Part shown: positions 37,947 to 48,697 of the stretch, piece after piece
Layout: each line of letters starts with the position of its first letter
Numbering within the stretch: position 1 is the first letter of the stretch
Source: Pseudomonadota bacterium
GTDB taxonomy: Bacteria > Pseudomonadota > Alphaproteobacteria > UBA2136 > JAPKEQ01
Length of the DNA: 64,000 nt
Assembly (NCBI GenBank): GCA_036141575.1
Contig: JAYZXF010000002.1
Location: 9,536 to 73,535, forward strand
Direction of reading: 5' to 3'
Position numbers and translations under genes: made by a program
The notes under the pieces: model-generated
Database searches by the model: none
Told to the model about the DNA's origin: nothing
What the model saw: only the letters and a program-made list of their open reading frames with translations

Positions 37947-38570
37947 GTGTCAAAAATGAGCTTTATGATTGGCCATAAATTCCCATCTGTACGCGTTGGC
38001 GCGGTGAACCCAGATGGTAACATCGATAATGATTTTTCTGTAACTGAATACGGTAAGGGCGGCTACACGGTTGTTTTCTTTTACCCACTAGACTTCACAT
38101 TTGTGTGCCCAACTGAAATTGTTGCGTTCCACAAAGCTGTTAAGCAATTTGAAGAGCGTGGCTGTAAAGTTGTTGCTGCAAGTGTAGATAGCACATTCTC
38201 ACACGCTGCATGGCGCCGTACACCACTCAACGATGGTGGTATTGGTGAAGTTGACTTCCCAATGGTAAGTGACATTGAGCGTAAACTATCAAGCGAGCTT
38301 GGTATTCTTGCTCCTGGTGGCGTAACGTACCGTGCATCTTACCTACTTGATAAAGATGGTGTTGTGCGTCACATGGTGATCAACGATCTTCCACTTGGTC
38401 GTAGCGTAAACGAAATGCTTCGTATGGTTGATGCGCTTGCATTCCACGAGCAGCACGGTGAAGTTTGCCCAGCAAACTGGAAGAACGGTGAAGAAGCGAT
38501 TACTGCTGACCGTGAAAGCACTGGTGCTTACCTTGCGAAAAACGAAAGCTCGCCAACGGCAGCTGCATAA
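37947..38570 (+). CDS. ahpC: Typical 2-Cys peroxiredoxin (AhpC/Prx1 family).
   Basis: The peroxidatic motif FTFVCPTEI and the C-terminal resolving Cys region. Confidence 0.85.
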   Translation: MSKMSFMIGHKFPSVRVGAVNPDGNIDNDFSVTEYGKGGYTVVFFYPLDFTFVCPTEIVAFHKAVKQFEERGCKVVAASVDSTFSHAAWRRTPLNDGGIGEVDFPMVSDIERKLSSELGILAPGGVTYRASYLLDKDGVVRHMVINDLPLGRSVNEMLRMVDALAFHEQHGEVCPANWKNGEEAITADRESTGAYLAKNESSPTAAA

Positions 38571-38582
38571 GTTTGATGCATT

Positions 38583-38613
38583 AAAAATCCCCGCTAGATG
38601 CGGGGATTTTTTT
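38583..38613. terminator. Rho-independent terminator after ahpC (bidirectional).
   Basis: The sequence aaaaaTCCCCGCtagatGCGGGGAttttttt. Confidence 0.6.
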
Positions 38614-38627
38614 GTAGGGACTCAAGC

Positions 38628-39050
38628 TTATTTACGTGATTCAAACGCCTTTTTGATCGCTTGCGTAAATGTTGGGTAGATGAATGTGTGTTCTGCAATT
38701 TCATCTTCACCAATCCAAGTCATATCTTCATGCTCTTCACTTAGAACGGGGGCAATATCACCGCTCAGTGTTGCTGTGTAAAAGACAGCGTATTTAGAAA
38801 CAGCTTCACTGCTCCATACACCTGCATGGCAGATACCGTCTGGCTGAATATCTAGGCCAGTTTCTTCTTTCACTTCACGCAGGAGACCGCCTTTAGGCTG
38901 GTCATGTGCTTCCATGCGTCCACCTGGGAATGCCCACTTACCGCCACTCTCTGAGTAACGCTTAGGGATTTGAAGAGCCAGTACTTTGTTCTCATCGTTA
39001 AAGATCAGTGCGTACTGGCGAACATTAAACATGTGATACGCTTTAGCCAT
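38628..39050 (-). CDS. NUDIX hydrolase (140 aa).
   Basis: The Nudix box is GGKWAFPGGRMEAHDQPKGGLLREVKEETGL. Confidence 0.75.
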   Translation of the reverse strand: MAKAYHMFNVRQYALIFNDENKVLALQIPKRYSESGGKWAFPGGRMEAHDQPKGGLLREVKEETGLDIQPDGICHAGVWSSEAVSKYAVFYTATLSGDIAPVLSEEHEDMTWIGEDEIAEHTFIYPTFTQAIKKAFESRK

Positions 39051-39087
39051 TTTTTACTTCTTTCTTTGTCAGTTTCTTACTTTAATT

Positions 39088-40140
39088 TTATTGGATGCGC
39101 TCAATGAGCATCTCTGCGCCATGCAGTGGAGAAACATCAAGGCTTTGGCCTGCGTTCCCCATGTTAATGGCAAGTTCTACAAAACGCTCATCCCAGTTTA
39201 CAGCAAAGGTGCTACCGAGATAGAGAAGAGGTTCGCCAGCTTTCATGTCTGCGAAGACATTTTTAGCAGGGAACGTCATTTGGCGTTTTAAAAATGGAAT
39301 CTGGAATTTTGCCGTATTGGGCTTGCTGATGCGGTACCTTGCGCCTTCAGCAACAATGCGGTCAAAGCTCTTCTGGTCAATAGAGAAGCTGGTTTTGATG
39401 TTACCAGCCGTGTTGTCTCTAAAGACTTGGAATCTTGCAACTTGGCCAACCTTAGAAGGCAAGCGAGAAATGTTTTGTGCGTAAGCAGGTTCTAGAATTG
39501 TATCTGGCTCATCCAGTGCAAGGCTTTCTGGGTGAACACCACCTGCAATGAGGCCTGCGACAACGGCAAACAGGTCACGACCATGGAAGGTGTGCGGCAG
39601 AATATATGTTGGGCTGCCTGTACGTGTGCGCTCTAAATGTTCAATAAATGGAATATCAATTTTGTAAATGGTGTAGCCAATGCCGCGAGACTCAAAGTAG
39701 CGTGCCATTAGACCGAGTGATCCGTTGTTTGGGCCAATGAACACATTGTGCTCATCTGTTACAAGAATGGTTCTGTCTTTCCCGAATCCAACGCCCGGGT
39801 CAGTCACGTGAATGAAAATGTTAGGGCGCGTGTTGCTGCCTAGAGCGCGGTAACATGTGTAGTTTGCATAAGCTGCAAAATCAATATTACCAAATGGCAC
39901 GTTGTGAATAGATGTTGGAACAAATGGGCGCTCTCTGTAGATGTAGTCTTCAATCCAATCTGCAGGTTTAAGACGTCTATCAATGTTGGTGAGTTTGCCT
40001 TTAGCTAGCTCTTGTGTTGTATAGAGAAAAACGTTTTGAAAGCGCAGTTCGATTTGAGCGTTTGCCACACCACAGTTAAAGTCTGTGATCAGCATCATAT
40101 TCTTATAGAAAGGTACCTTTGCTTCTTTAAGAGCTGGCAT
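39088..40140 (-). CDS. SAM hydroxide adenosyltransferase-like protein (DUF62; fluorinase/chlorinase-homologue family), 350 aa with an insertion.
   Basis: Family motifs are present: MLITDFNCG, IHVTDPGVGFG, THGRDLFAVVAG. Confidence 0.6.
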   Translation of the reverse strand: MPALKEAKVPFYKNMMLITDFNCGVANAQIELRFQNVFLYTTQELAKGKLTNIDRRLKPADWIEDYIYRERPFVPTSIHNVPFGNIDFAAYANYTCYRALGSNTRPNIFIHVTDPGVGFGKDRTILVTDEHNVFIGPNNGSLGLMARYFESRGIGYTIYKIDIPFIEHLERTRTGSPTYILPHTFHGRDLFAVVAGLIAGGVHPESLALDEPDTILEPAYAQNISRLPSKVGQVARFQVFRDNTAGNIKTSFSIDQKSFDRIVAEGARYRISKPNTAKFQIPFLKRQMTFPAKNVFADMKAGEPLLYLGSTFAVNWDERFVELAINMGNAGQSLDVSPLHGAEMLIERIQ

Positions 40141-40194
40141 ATTCTTTTATAACCCCTTGTTTCATCCCTTTAAAATATAGGGGTGTCATAAAGG

Positions 40195-41721
40195 TTATGC
40201 AAGGGGCAGGTGGATAGTAAAGCATGTTCCGTAGTTATGCTCGGTACGTAATGTGATATTTCCGCCCATTTCTTCAAGAATACGCTTAGTTGTTGGTAGA
40301 CCGAGACCTGTACCACCTGACTTAGTTGTGTAAAATGGTTCAAACAGGCGCTCTACAATATCGCCCGGAATTGGATCACCTTCGTTATGGACATCAATAC
40401 AGAAGTCTTTATCTGTTTGGTGTAGCGTAATTGTAATCATGCTTTCTGGTGGTGCTGCATCAAAGGCATTTTTGGTAATGTTTAGGATGGCTTGCATGGT
40501 TTTATTGCGATCGATAGCAACTCTTTGGTGGCTCTCTTTACCAATAATATTCACAAATACATCTTTGTTTGAACCGAAAGATTCAATGGATGGTATGGCT
40601 TGATCTATAATTTCTTGTGCTTCAACGTGTTCAATCGTGTTTGGGCGGTTCGCTGTGAAGGAAAGAATCCCTGTGAGCATGTTTTCTAGGCGAAGGATTT
40701 CCTTTTTAACAAGCCGAGCGCGCTTTTGATCGTTTGGTAAAGAGGCCAGTTTTTCAAGTTTTTCTACACCAATTTTAATGGAGGCAAGAGGGTTTCTGAG
40801 TTCGTGTGCAATGCTGGAGGCAAACTCACCTACAGCAGCAAGTCTTTCATGTTGAACCAGCTGTTTTTGTGCGGCTTGTAAATCAGTTGTACGTTCGTCT
40901 ACAAGCTCTTCAAGATAATCTGCATGCTTGGCGAGTTTTTCATCACGCCTATTAATGAAAGAGAACAGCGTGTTAATCTGATCTGAAAGAGATTGCATTT
41001 CTGATGAGCCAGAGGCTGGGATTTTGGTCTTAAAGTCATCTTTTTGAATGGCTTCAGCAAGTGTTCTTGTAAGCCTCTGAACGGGCTGAATGAAAGCTTT
41101 TAAACAAATGAGGACGAGAACAATTCCAATAAAAAAAATGACAGATGGTAAAGTCATGTAGCCCCAGTTTTTTACACCTTCATAGAGAGGGGAAGATTCA
41201 AAAGAGAGGCGCTCATAAGCAATAAAGTGGATATCTAGAGGTGCGTAGTATGTAATAAGGGCGTAACCGCCTTGCTCACCTATTAATTTAAAAGGCTCAA
41301 TGCTGCTGTTTTTATGAAGCAGGTGTTCTTGAATGTTGGCATACTTTAGGGTGCGGCTTTTTTCAGGGTAAGTTGCCAGAACGCGCTTTGCTTTTGTATC
41401 AATAAGCATGAGTCCGCTTGTCGGCGAAAGAGAGAGAAGGGAGAGCTCATTTGATAGAGCTCTATTGATGTACTCTTTTTTGTCTTTATAGGCAGACCCT
41501 GTTGGACGCTCTTCTGTTTTCCAACGTGCAGAAAGGAGGCTTCGACCGTATTGCAGGGCACTTGAAAGCGTTTTGTTTGTGTCAAGCTGGTACTGGTGCT
41601 CAGCTTGTTTATAAAAAGTCGCAACACTGACACTGTAAAAAAGACCCATTAATAGGGCAATGGGTAGAAATACACTGATAAAAAGTGGGATTTTACCTCG
41701 AAATAAATTTTTTGGTGCCAA
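40195..41721 (-). CDS. Membrane-bound sensor histidine kinase with no adjacent response regulator (orphan).
   Basis: Two TM segments flank a periplasmic region. It has a HAMP-like region, an H-box (SIAHELRNPLASI) and HATPase_c (GGTGLGL). It has a TTG start. Confidence 0.8.
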   Translation of the reverse strand: MAPKNLFRGKIPLFISVFLPIALLMGLFYSVSVATFYKQAEHQYQLDTNKTLSSALQYGRSLLSARWKTEERPTGSAYKDKKEYINRALSNELSLLSLSPTSGLMLIDTKAKRVLATYPEKSRTLKYANIQEHLLHKNSSIEPFKLIGEQGGYALITYYAPLDIHFIAYERLSFESSPLYEGVKNWGYMTLPSVIFFIGIVLVLICLKAFIQPVQRLTRTLAEAIQKDDFKTKIPASGSSEMQSLSDQINTLFSFINRRDEKLAKHADYLEELVDERTTDLQAAQKQLVQHERLAAVGEFASSIAHELRNPLASIKIGVEKLEKLASLPNDQKRARLVKKEILRLENMLTGILSFTANRPNTIEHVEAQEIIDQAIPSIESFGSNKDVFVNIIGKESHQRVAIDRNKTMQAILNITKNAFDAAPPESMITITLHQTDKDFCIDVHNEGDPIPGDIVERLFEPFYTTKSGGTGLGLPTTKRILEEMGGNITLRTEHNYGTCFTIHLPLA

Positions 41722-42139
41722 GGTCTTGCCTTTTTATGGTTATTTTTTGCACAATAAGCCTACATATGGAGCAAGAATCTAACAAGGCGAAAATTTATAA
41801 GGGTCTCATTTGTTTAGAGGCTGATTCTCGTGTGGGGCCGAAGTTTTGGTACCAAACACCCAATGTCTCGTTTACACCATTTCCAATTTCAGCTTTGCAA
41901 GGTTTAGGCATGGGCGTGTTGCATGGGTCTGGCAGAAAGGTTGTGACAGCGCAGTTATCAGACCACCGTATTGTAGTGAACCTTGCTAGGAGTGATTGTC
42001 TGTCTCTGCAAGTGAAAGGGCTGTGGCACAGTGAGTTTCCAGCTCTGCCATTTAGCGTAAATAAAACCGTTTATACAGAGCGTCCACAAGGCTTTGAATA
42101 TGACAGTGCACTAACGCTTTCCAAACTGGGACTTTTGGT

Positions 42140-42245
42140 GTAAGGTGCAGCTCACCAAGGACGGACGCAGCGCACTGTAAACCCCGCCAGGCCCGAAAGG
42201 GAGCAACGGTAGCAAAAGCGGGTGGGTCGTCCTTGGCCTTTTTCT
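42140..42245 (+). ncRNA. ffs: Signal recognition particle RNA (4.5S RNA, ffs), small bacterial type.
   Basis: A long hairpin (CCAAGGACG...CGUCCUUGG) encloses the conserved domain IV-like core CCAGGCCCGAAAGGGAGCAACGG with a GNRA loop. It ends in a T-run. Confidence 0.7.
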
Positions 42246-42541
42246 TTAGGGTGCTTTTTGCACTTTGCCTCACTTAAGCACGTTTTGTGCTCTGCGTTCG
42301 TTAAAGGCACAAAAACCTCTCCTAAAATTTTTTAAATTAAGCCTGTGCGAGTGGGAGCAAGTGCGACCCAAAAGGCTCAGGCCTTTTGTTGCTGGTCCGC
42401 AAGGTAATGCTACGCTCGAGCGAGAGCGAGGCGGGCAAGCTAAATATAAGTAAAGCAGGTTGTGGCAGTTAGGGCTTTCGTGTGCAAGGCACTGTCTCTA
42501 AGCACAAAAAAAAGCCCCCTTTCGGAGGCTTTGGGGATCGT

Positions 42542-43114
42542 TTAAAAATACCCAAGGGTACGCGCTTTTTTGAGGATGCGCAGATCTTCACGAAAAGCGA
42601 GCTTGTCATCTTTGGCATATTGCACAACTTCAGAGAAAGTGAGCCACTCAAGTGGATCCATTTCATCAGAAGGGGCGGCCATTGCGGCTTCTTCATCACT
42701 GAGCACATATACAAAAACACAGATAATATTATGGGTTTCTGCGTGGTGTTTGGTTTTGACATGGTGATGAATCTTGGGTGCTTTCTTTTCTTCTAGAAGC
42801 ATGAGGGCGTCAGGGTCAATGGCAATGTGACACTCTTCAAGAATTTCACGTGCAGCGCCTTCGGCAAAGCTTTCGGCAACTTCAGGCTCGATATAACCAC
42901 CCATGAGAGAGTAAAGCCCGTGGCGTTCAAGAAAGGGAGCGCGTTTGCCCATGAGAACTTTACCGTCATGAATCAGTACATTAATGGTGGCTGCGTTAAA
43001 TCCGCCCCATTGGTTCATGTGCTGAATGCTATGTCCAGTGAGAAGAGAAGAGATAAAGCAGGCCAGTTTGTAGCGTTTGCTATTGGGGTTAAGGGGTCTT
43101 TGAGACCACGACAT
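42542..43114 (-). CDS. NUDIX hydrolase (190 aa).
   Basis: The Nudix box is GGYIEPEVAESFAEGAAREILEECHI. A terminator hairpin plus T8 lies just downstream, at about 42505-42540. Confidence 0.7.
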   Translation of the reverse strand: MSWSQRPLNPNSKRYKLACFISSLLTGHSIQHMNQWGGFNAATINVLIHDGKVLMGKRAPFLERHGLYSLMGGYIEPEVAESFAEGAAREILEECHIAIDPDALMLLEEKKAPKIHHHVKTKHHAETHNIICVFVYVLSDEEAAMAAPSDEMDPLEWLTFSEVVQYAKDDKLAFREDLRILKKARTLGYF

Positions 43115-43269
43115 GGCGTATCCTTTGAAAACGGGAAGGAAAGGTAGTTGATAGGCTTAGTTTACTGGTTTTAGGCGTGAGATACAGTAAAAATCTTGAA
43201 ATATCCTACAAAATCCCTATAACCAATAAGTATATTAACTCTATTTGTTCCGTTTTTATGGAGAATTGA

Positions 43270-43458
43270 ATGGATAGCAGCATTCTTGCTTTTGTTGCTT
43301 TTCTTGCTCTGTTGGCTATATTCTGGCTTATTCTTTGGGAAGTTGCAGGTCGAATTTTTAGGTTTTGGCCGTTTCGTTTGGTTCTGGCTTTGTGTCTGAT
43401 CCCTGTATTCCCTTGGGTTTGCCTTGTGTATCTTTTCATGTCAAAGAACAAGAAATAA
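43270..43458 (+). CDS. Small two-TM membrane protein (62 aa), PLDc_N-like (phospholipase_D-nuclease N-terminal small-protein family).
   Basis: Two hydrophobic helices and a C-terminal IPVFPWVCLVYLF motif followed by basic residues. A terminator lies downstream (GGGCGtaaaaaGCGCCCtcttttc). Confidence 0.5.
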   Translation: MDSSILAFVAFLALLAIFWLILWEVAGRIFRFWPFRLVLALCLIPVFPWVCLVYLFMSKNKK

Positions 43459-43547
43459 TCGATGAATAAAGAGGGCGTAAAAAGCGCCCTCTTTTCTTTG
43501 CAATTGTTCCTTTAAGGGCGTATCCTATGTGCGTCTTTAAAGAATAA

Positions 43548-44525
<978 letters not shown>

Positions 44526-44568
44526 AAATTTAAATTTTAATAAAACTAAACTTTAGGGAATAAATATT

Positions 44569-45744
44569 ATGAACCTACACGAGTATCAATCAAAAGAACT
44601 CATGAAGAAATTTGGCGTAGCCGTACCGAATGGTATTATGGCTGACAGCCCAGAAGCTGCGGAAGCTGCTGCAAAAGAGCTAGGAACAGCAATCACTGTT
44701 GTTAAAGCTCAAGTGCACACGGGTGGCCGTGGTAAAGCGGGTGGTGTGAAGGTGTGTAAATCACCAGCTGAAGCAAAAGAAGCTGCTAAAGCAATGCTTG
44801 GCGAAATTCTTGTGACAAAGCAAACAGGCCCACAAGGCTTGCCTATTCATAAAGTATACGTTGAAGAAGGTAGCGACATTGCAAACGAGCTTTACTTCTC
44901 AATCATGCTAGACCGCGAAACTTCTCGCCCATTCATTATGGCATCTTCTGAAGGTGGTATGGACATTGAAGAAGTGGCTGAAGAAACACCTGAGAAAATC
45001 CTAAACGTAGATATCGATCCTATGGTTGGCCTTATGCCTTACCAAGCACGTGATCTTGCGTTTGGTATGGGTCTAGAAGGTGAGCAAATTAAGAACTTTT
45101 CTAAAGTGGCAATGGGCCTATGGAAAGCGTTTGATGCCCTAGATGCAGACATGCTTGAAATTAACCCACTTGTTGTGACGGGCGATAACAAGGTTCTTGT
45201 CCTTGATACAAAGCTTGCTATTGATGGGAACGCACTATTCCGTCACCCTGATCTTGCTGACATGGATGATCACACACAGCAAGACTCTAAAGAAGTTGAA
45301 GCACACAAATACGACCTAAACTACGTGGCTCTAGACGGTACAATTGGTTGCATGGTAAACGGTGCTGGCCTTGCGATGGCGACAATGGACATTATTAAGC
45401 ACTACGGTGAATCTCCAGCGAACTTCCTAGACGTTGGTGGTGGCGCAACAGAAGAAAAAGTAACAGCTGCGTTTAAGATCATTCTATCTGATCCAAACGT
45501 AAACGGTATTCTTGTGAACATCTTCGGTGGCATCATGAAGTGTGATGTGATCGCAAAAGGTGTGGTCGCTGCAGCGAAAGAAGTACAGATTTCTGTACCA
45601 CTTGTTGTGCGACTAGAAGGTACAAACGTTGATGCTGGTAAGAAGATTCTATCTGAATCAGGTCTGCCAATTACACCAGCGGATAGTCTAGACGACGCTG
45701 CCAAGAAGATCATCGCAGAAGTGCGTAACGCGAAAGCTGCGTAA
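44569..45744 (+). CDS. sucC: Succinate--CoA ligase (ADP-forming) beta subunit.
   Basis: An ATP-grasp N-terminal domain plus a CoA-ligase C-terminal domain, with a canonical sequence. Confidence 0.9.
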   Translation: MNLHEYQSKELMKKFGVAVPNGIMADSPEAAEAAAKELGTAITVVKAQVHTGGRGKAGGVKVCKSPAEAKEAAKAMLGEILVTKQTGPQGLPIHKVYVEEGSDIANELYFSIMLDRETSRPFIMASSEGGMDIEEVAEETPEKILNVDIDPMVGLMPYQARDLAFGMGLEGEQIKNFSKVAMGLWKAFDALDADMLEINPLVVTGDNKVLVLDTKLAIDGNALFRHPDLADMDDHTQQDSKEVEAHKYDLNYVALDGTIGCMVNGAGLAMATMDIIKHYGESPANFLDVGGGATEEKVTAAFKIILSDPNVNGILVNIFGGIMKCDVIAKGVVAAAKEVQISVPLVVRLEGTNVDAGKKILSESGLPITPADSLDDAAKKIIAEVRNAKAA

Positions 45745-45800
45745 GTAGAATATGTGTTGGCGGAGGGTGAAAGCTCTCCGCCTCTATTAAAGAAAATATA

Positions 45801-46526
45801 ATGAAGACTTATTTACAGTTCTTAAACGAATCGTCTTTTAAAGATCAGGTGAGCATTGGTTCGCAGGTTTATCGTAACCTTGCGTTTTGTAACGTAATGC
45901 ACATGTTGTTTTTAGCGTTTGCTATGTCTGTATGTGTCGTTGCGGCTTACTTTGCACCCGGATTTGTATCAGGTGTTGTAAGTGGAGTTTTGATTACATT
46001 GACGCATGACCATGTTGATCTAGGGTGGACTTTGTCTGGGCTGCAAACAACAATTCTTGCGATTATATTTTCGTCATATTTTATTTACCGATTTGCTATT
46101 GCTGTCTTGGGAAGTATTAGGTTTCTCTATTTTAGATTTAAAAACTTTAATATTAAAAGGCCAGGGCTTCTTACTTTATTGTATTACGGTTCTATTTTGT
46201 TTGTAAGTGGAGTTGTTGGGGGGATGGTTTATTGGGAATCAGATGCTTTTGAATATACGGAATCTATATATTTACTGCTTGTTATTATGCTAGCATTAAG
46301 TGTGTTTTATGCTGTGGTGGCAGTTGTGACAAACTTTAAACCATTACGTGTGTTAAACAAGGAGGATGAGCTTCTTCCTGAGGAGTTTAAGTTCTCTGGC
46401 GCGGTTCTTGTCTTTGGAGTTATTCTTGCGGTTATAGTTGTTATTTCATCATTGTTAGATGTTGCGAATATAGCTCAAGAAATTAGAGACTTTCATATTG
46501 AAATAGGGGGATATAGCGATGATTAA
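45801..46526 (+). CDS. Hypothetical polytopic membrane protein (241 aa), AT-rich, inserted between sucC and sucD.
   Basis: 5-6 TM helices with no recognisable family. Codon usage is visibly AT-richer than sucC and sucD. Confidence 0.65.
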   Translation: MKTYLQFLNESSFKDQVSIGSQVYRNLAFCNVMHMLFLAFAMSVCVVAAYFAPGFVSGVVSGVLITLTHDHVDLGWTLSGLQTTILAIIFSSYFIYRFAIAVLGSIRFLYFRFKNFNIKRPGLLTLLYYGSILFVSGVVGGMVYWESDAFEYTESIYLLLVIMLALSVFYAVVAVVTNFKPLRVLNKEDELLPEEFKFSGAVLVFGVILAVIVVISSLLDVANIAQEIRDFHIEIGGYSDD

Positions 46527-47190
46527 AAATATCATTTTTGATTGTGATGGGGTTTTGGTGGATACCGTAACGCCGCACTATCAGATTATGTCTGAGTATC
46601 TGACGGGGCACGGCATTACTATGACGGCTGCTGAGATTGTCGCTGAGTTTAGCGGGGCGATGTGGACGTCGTTCTTCCCTGTTCTTGAAGAACGCTTTGG
46701 TGTCACACTTCCTGAAACGGTTTATAATGATCTGCGTGATGCAATGCTTGAATATGACCATACGGTGGGCCTGGAAGCATGCACGGATGTAGAAAAGCTT
46801 CTGCGTGAACCATCTCTTAAGAAAGCTTGTGCATCTAACTCGAGAACGCCAACAGTTAAAGAGCACATCTCTAACCATGGTTGGGATGATGTATTTGAAA
46901 CAGTTGTGGGTGTGGATTTGATTGAGAATCCAAAACCTGCGCCAGATCTTTACTTGATGGCCTTGAGAGAAGCTGGCTTTGAGGCACACGAAACTGTGGT
47001 GATTGAAGACAGTCCAACAGGTGTGAAGGCTGGTAAAGCGGCAGGCATGCAGGTAATAGCTTACACAGGGGTATATCCAGATAAAGCAGAGCGTACTGAG
47101 CTGATGAAAGCAGCTGGCGCAGACTGGGTGATGGATGACTATAATGAAATTTTAACATTTTTAACGGAAGCTGCTGTTAAAGCGGCCTAA
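46519..47190 (+). CDS. HAD-superfamily hydrolase (beta-phosphoglucomutase-like subfamily IA).
   Basis: The HAD motif I is IIFDCDGVLVDT. Later motifs are also present (SNSRT; IEDSPTGVKAGKAAGMQVIA). It overlaps the upstream ORF by 8 nt. Confidence 0.75.
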   Translation: MIKNIIFDCDGVLVDTVTPHYQIMSEYLTGHGITMTAAEIVAEFSGAMWTSFFPVLEERFGVTLPETVYNDLRDAMLEYDHTVGLEACTDVEKLLREPSLKKACASNSRTPTVKEHISNHGWDDVFETVVGVDLIENPKPAPDLYLMALREAGFEAHETVVIEDSPTGVKAGKAAGMQVIAYTGVYPDKAERTELMKAAGADWVMDDYNEILTFLTEAAVKAA

Positions 47191-47208
47191 TAATAAAAGG
47201 GAAAGACT

Positions 47209-48090
47209 ATGTCTATCTACATTGATAAAGATACAAAAGTAATTTGCCAAGGTTTCACTGGTCAGAACGGTACGTTCCACAGTGAGCAGGCGGTTAAGTA
47301 CGGTACAAAAATGGTTGGTGGTGTAACACCAGGTAAGGGCGGCACAACGCACCTTGGTCTGCCAGTATTTAACACAGTGAAGGAAGCGGTAACAGCAACA
47401 GAAGCAACAGCATCTGTAATCTACGTACCACCTCCATTTGCAGCGGATGCAATCCTTGAAGCGATTGACGCAGGTATTGAGCTTGCGATCTGTATTACTG
47501 AGGGTATCCCTGTAAAAGATATGATTAAAGTAAAAGCGCGTCTTCAGCGTAGCGACTGTAAAACACGCCTCATTGGCCCGAACTGCCCAGGTGTGATTAC
47601 ACCAGAAGACGATGCAGGCTGTAAGATTGGTATTATGCCAGCACACATTCACAAAAAAGGTAAAATCGGTATCGTATCACGCTCTGGTACACTGACTTAT
47701 GAAGCGGTTGCACAAACAACAGCTGAAGGTCTTGGCCAGTCGACTTGTGTAGGTATCGGTGGTGACCCTGTGAACGGCACAAACTTCATCGATGTCCTTA
47801 AAGAGTTTCAAAATGATCCTCAAACTGAAGGTATTGTGATGATTGGTGAAATTGGTGGTACAGCAGAAGAAGAAGCGGCTGCTTTCATTAAAGCAAACGT
47901 AACCAAACCTGTTGCTGCATTTATCGCCGGTTCTAGCGCACCTAAAGGTAAGCGCATGGGCCACGCTGGTGCGATCGTTTCTGGTGGTCAAGGTACTGCT
48001 GAAAGTAAGGTTGAAGCTCTAACTGATGCAGGTGCGAAAATCGCTCCAACGCCATCTGATCTAGGTAAGACTATTGCTAGCATGATGTAA
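47209..48090 (+). CDS. sucD: Succinate--CoA ligase alpha subunit.
   Basis: A CoA-binding and active-site His region (SRSGTLTYE; GHAGAIV). Confidence 0.9.
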   Translation: MSIYIDKDTKVICQGFTGQNGTFHSEQAVKYGTKMVGGVTPGKGGTTHLGLPVFNTVKEAVTATEATASVIYVPPPFAADAILEAIDAGIELAICITEGIPVKDMIKVKARLQRSDCKTRLIGPNCPGVITPEDDAGCKIGIMPAHIHKKGKIGIVSRSGTLTYEAVAQTTAEGLGQSTCVGIGGDPVNGTNFIDVLKEFQNDPQTEGIVMIGEIGGTAEEEAAAFIKANVTKPVAAFIAGSSAPKGKRMGHAGAIVSGGQGTAESKVEALTDAGAKIAPTPSDLGKTIASMM

Positions 48091-48107
48091 TTTGCTGCTT
48101 TAAGCAT

Positions 48108-48140
48108 AAAAAAGCCGCCCTTCGGGGCGGTTTTTTGTTT
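48108..48140 (+). terminator. Rho-independent terminator after sucD.
   Basis: The sequence aaaaaGCCGCCCttcGGGGCGGttttttgtttc. Confidence 0.6.
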
Positions 48141-48229
48141 CTAAGGGGTTGCACCTTTCAAAAAGGTATTGTATACATGCACTCCTTTCGGAATCTTTTA
48201 TCTTTTTCTTCTATGACAAGGAGTGTCAC

Positions 48230-48595
48230 ATGCCACAGCAACTCACGGAGAGTGTGCCGAGTGATTTTTGGTGCGGGGTAGATGTAAAGCCTAACAAGCC
48301 CATTAAGAAACTCATTAACATGGGGCTTGAGCCTGAAATTTTTAACTTCTATAAGCAAGGTTATGACCAACACACAAGTCAAATGGCTGCAGTTCTGACA
48401 ACGTATGCCAGAGCTTTTAGTGAGGGCAGGCGCCGAACCATTCGCGCGGTTTCTTTTCGTTCTCCTGCTCAGAGAACATATGTGGGAGTACGCCTGGAAT
48501 TGGATGTGGTGGAGTTTTATCAGCAGCCTGGCCGTGGTCGTGAACGTCGCATGGAGGATGTGTTACGCTCCTTTATGGTGGCGCAAAAAGCCTAA
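48230..48595 (+). CDS. Hypothetical protein (121 aa), a standalone transcription unit.
   Basis: An AAGGAG RBS 8 nt upstream of the ATG. It is flanked by terminators on both sides and shows no recognisable domain. Confidence 0.55.
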   Translation: MPQQLTESVPSDFWCGVDVKPNKPIKKLINMGLEPEIFNFYKQGYDQHTSQMAAVLTTYARAFSEGRRRTIRAVSFRSPAQRTYVGVRLELDVVEFYQQPGRGRERRMEDVLRSFMVAQKA

Positions 48596-48613
48596 GAATA
48601 AATCGATTTATAA

Positions 48614-48645
48614 AAAGCCCCTAGAAGGGGGCTTTTTTGTTTCTA
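48614..48645 (+). terminator. Rho-independent terminator.
   Basis: The sequence aaaaaGCCCCTagaaGGGGGCttttttgtttc. Confidence 0.6.
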
Positions 48646-48697
48646 AAACACCTCTTTCCCCTGTGCAAAAAACTCAAAAAACGCTATAGTTTGAGCT

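Noticed and set aside
41685-42273. ORFs 41685-42143(+), 42052-42273(-) and 42265-42453(+)
   Set aside because: They overlap the histidine-kinase 5' end and/or the SRP RNA hairpin. The intervals are better explained by ffs and its terminator. Only the 41766-42143 sub-ORF remains a weak possibility, since it has no RBS.
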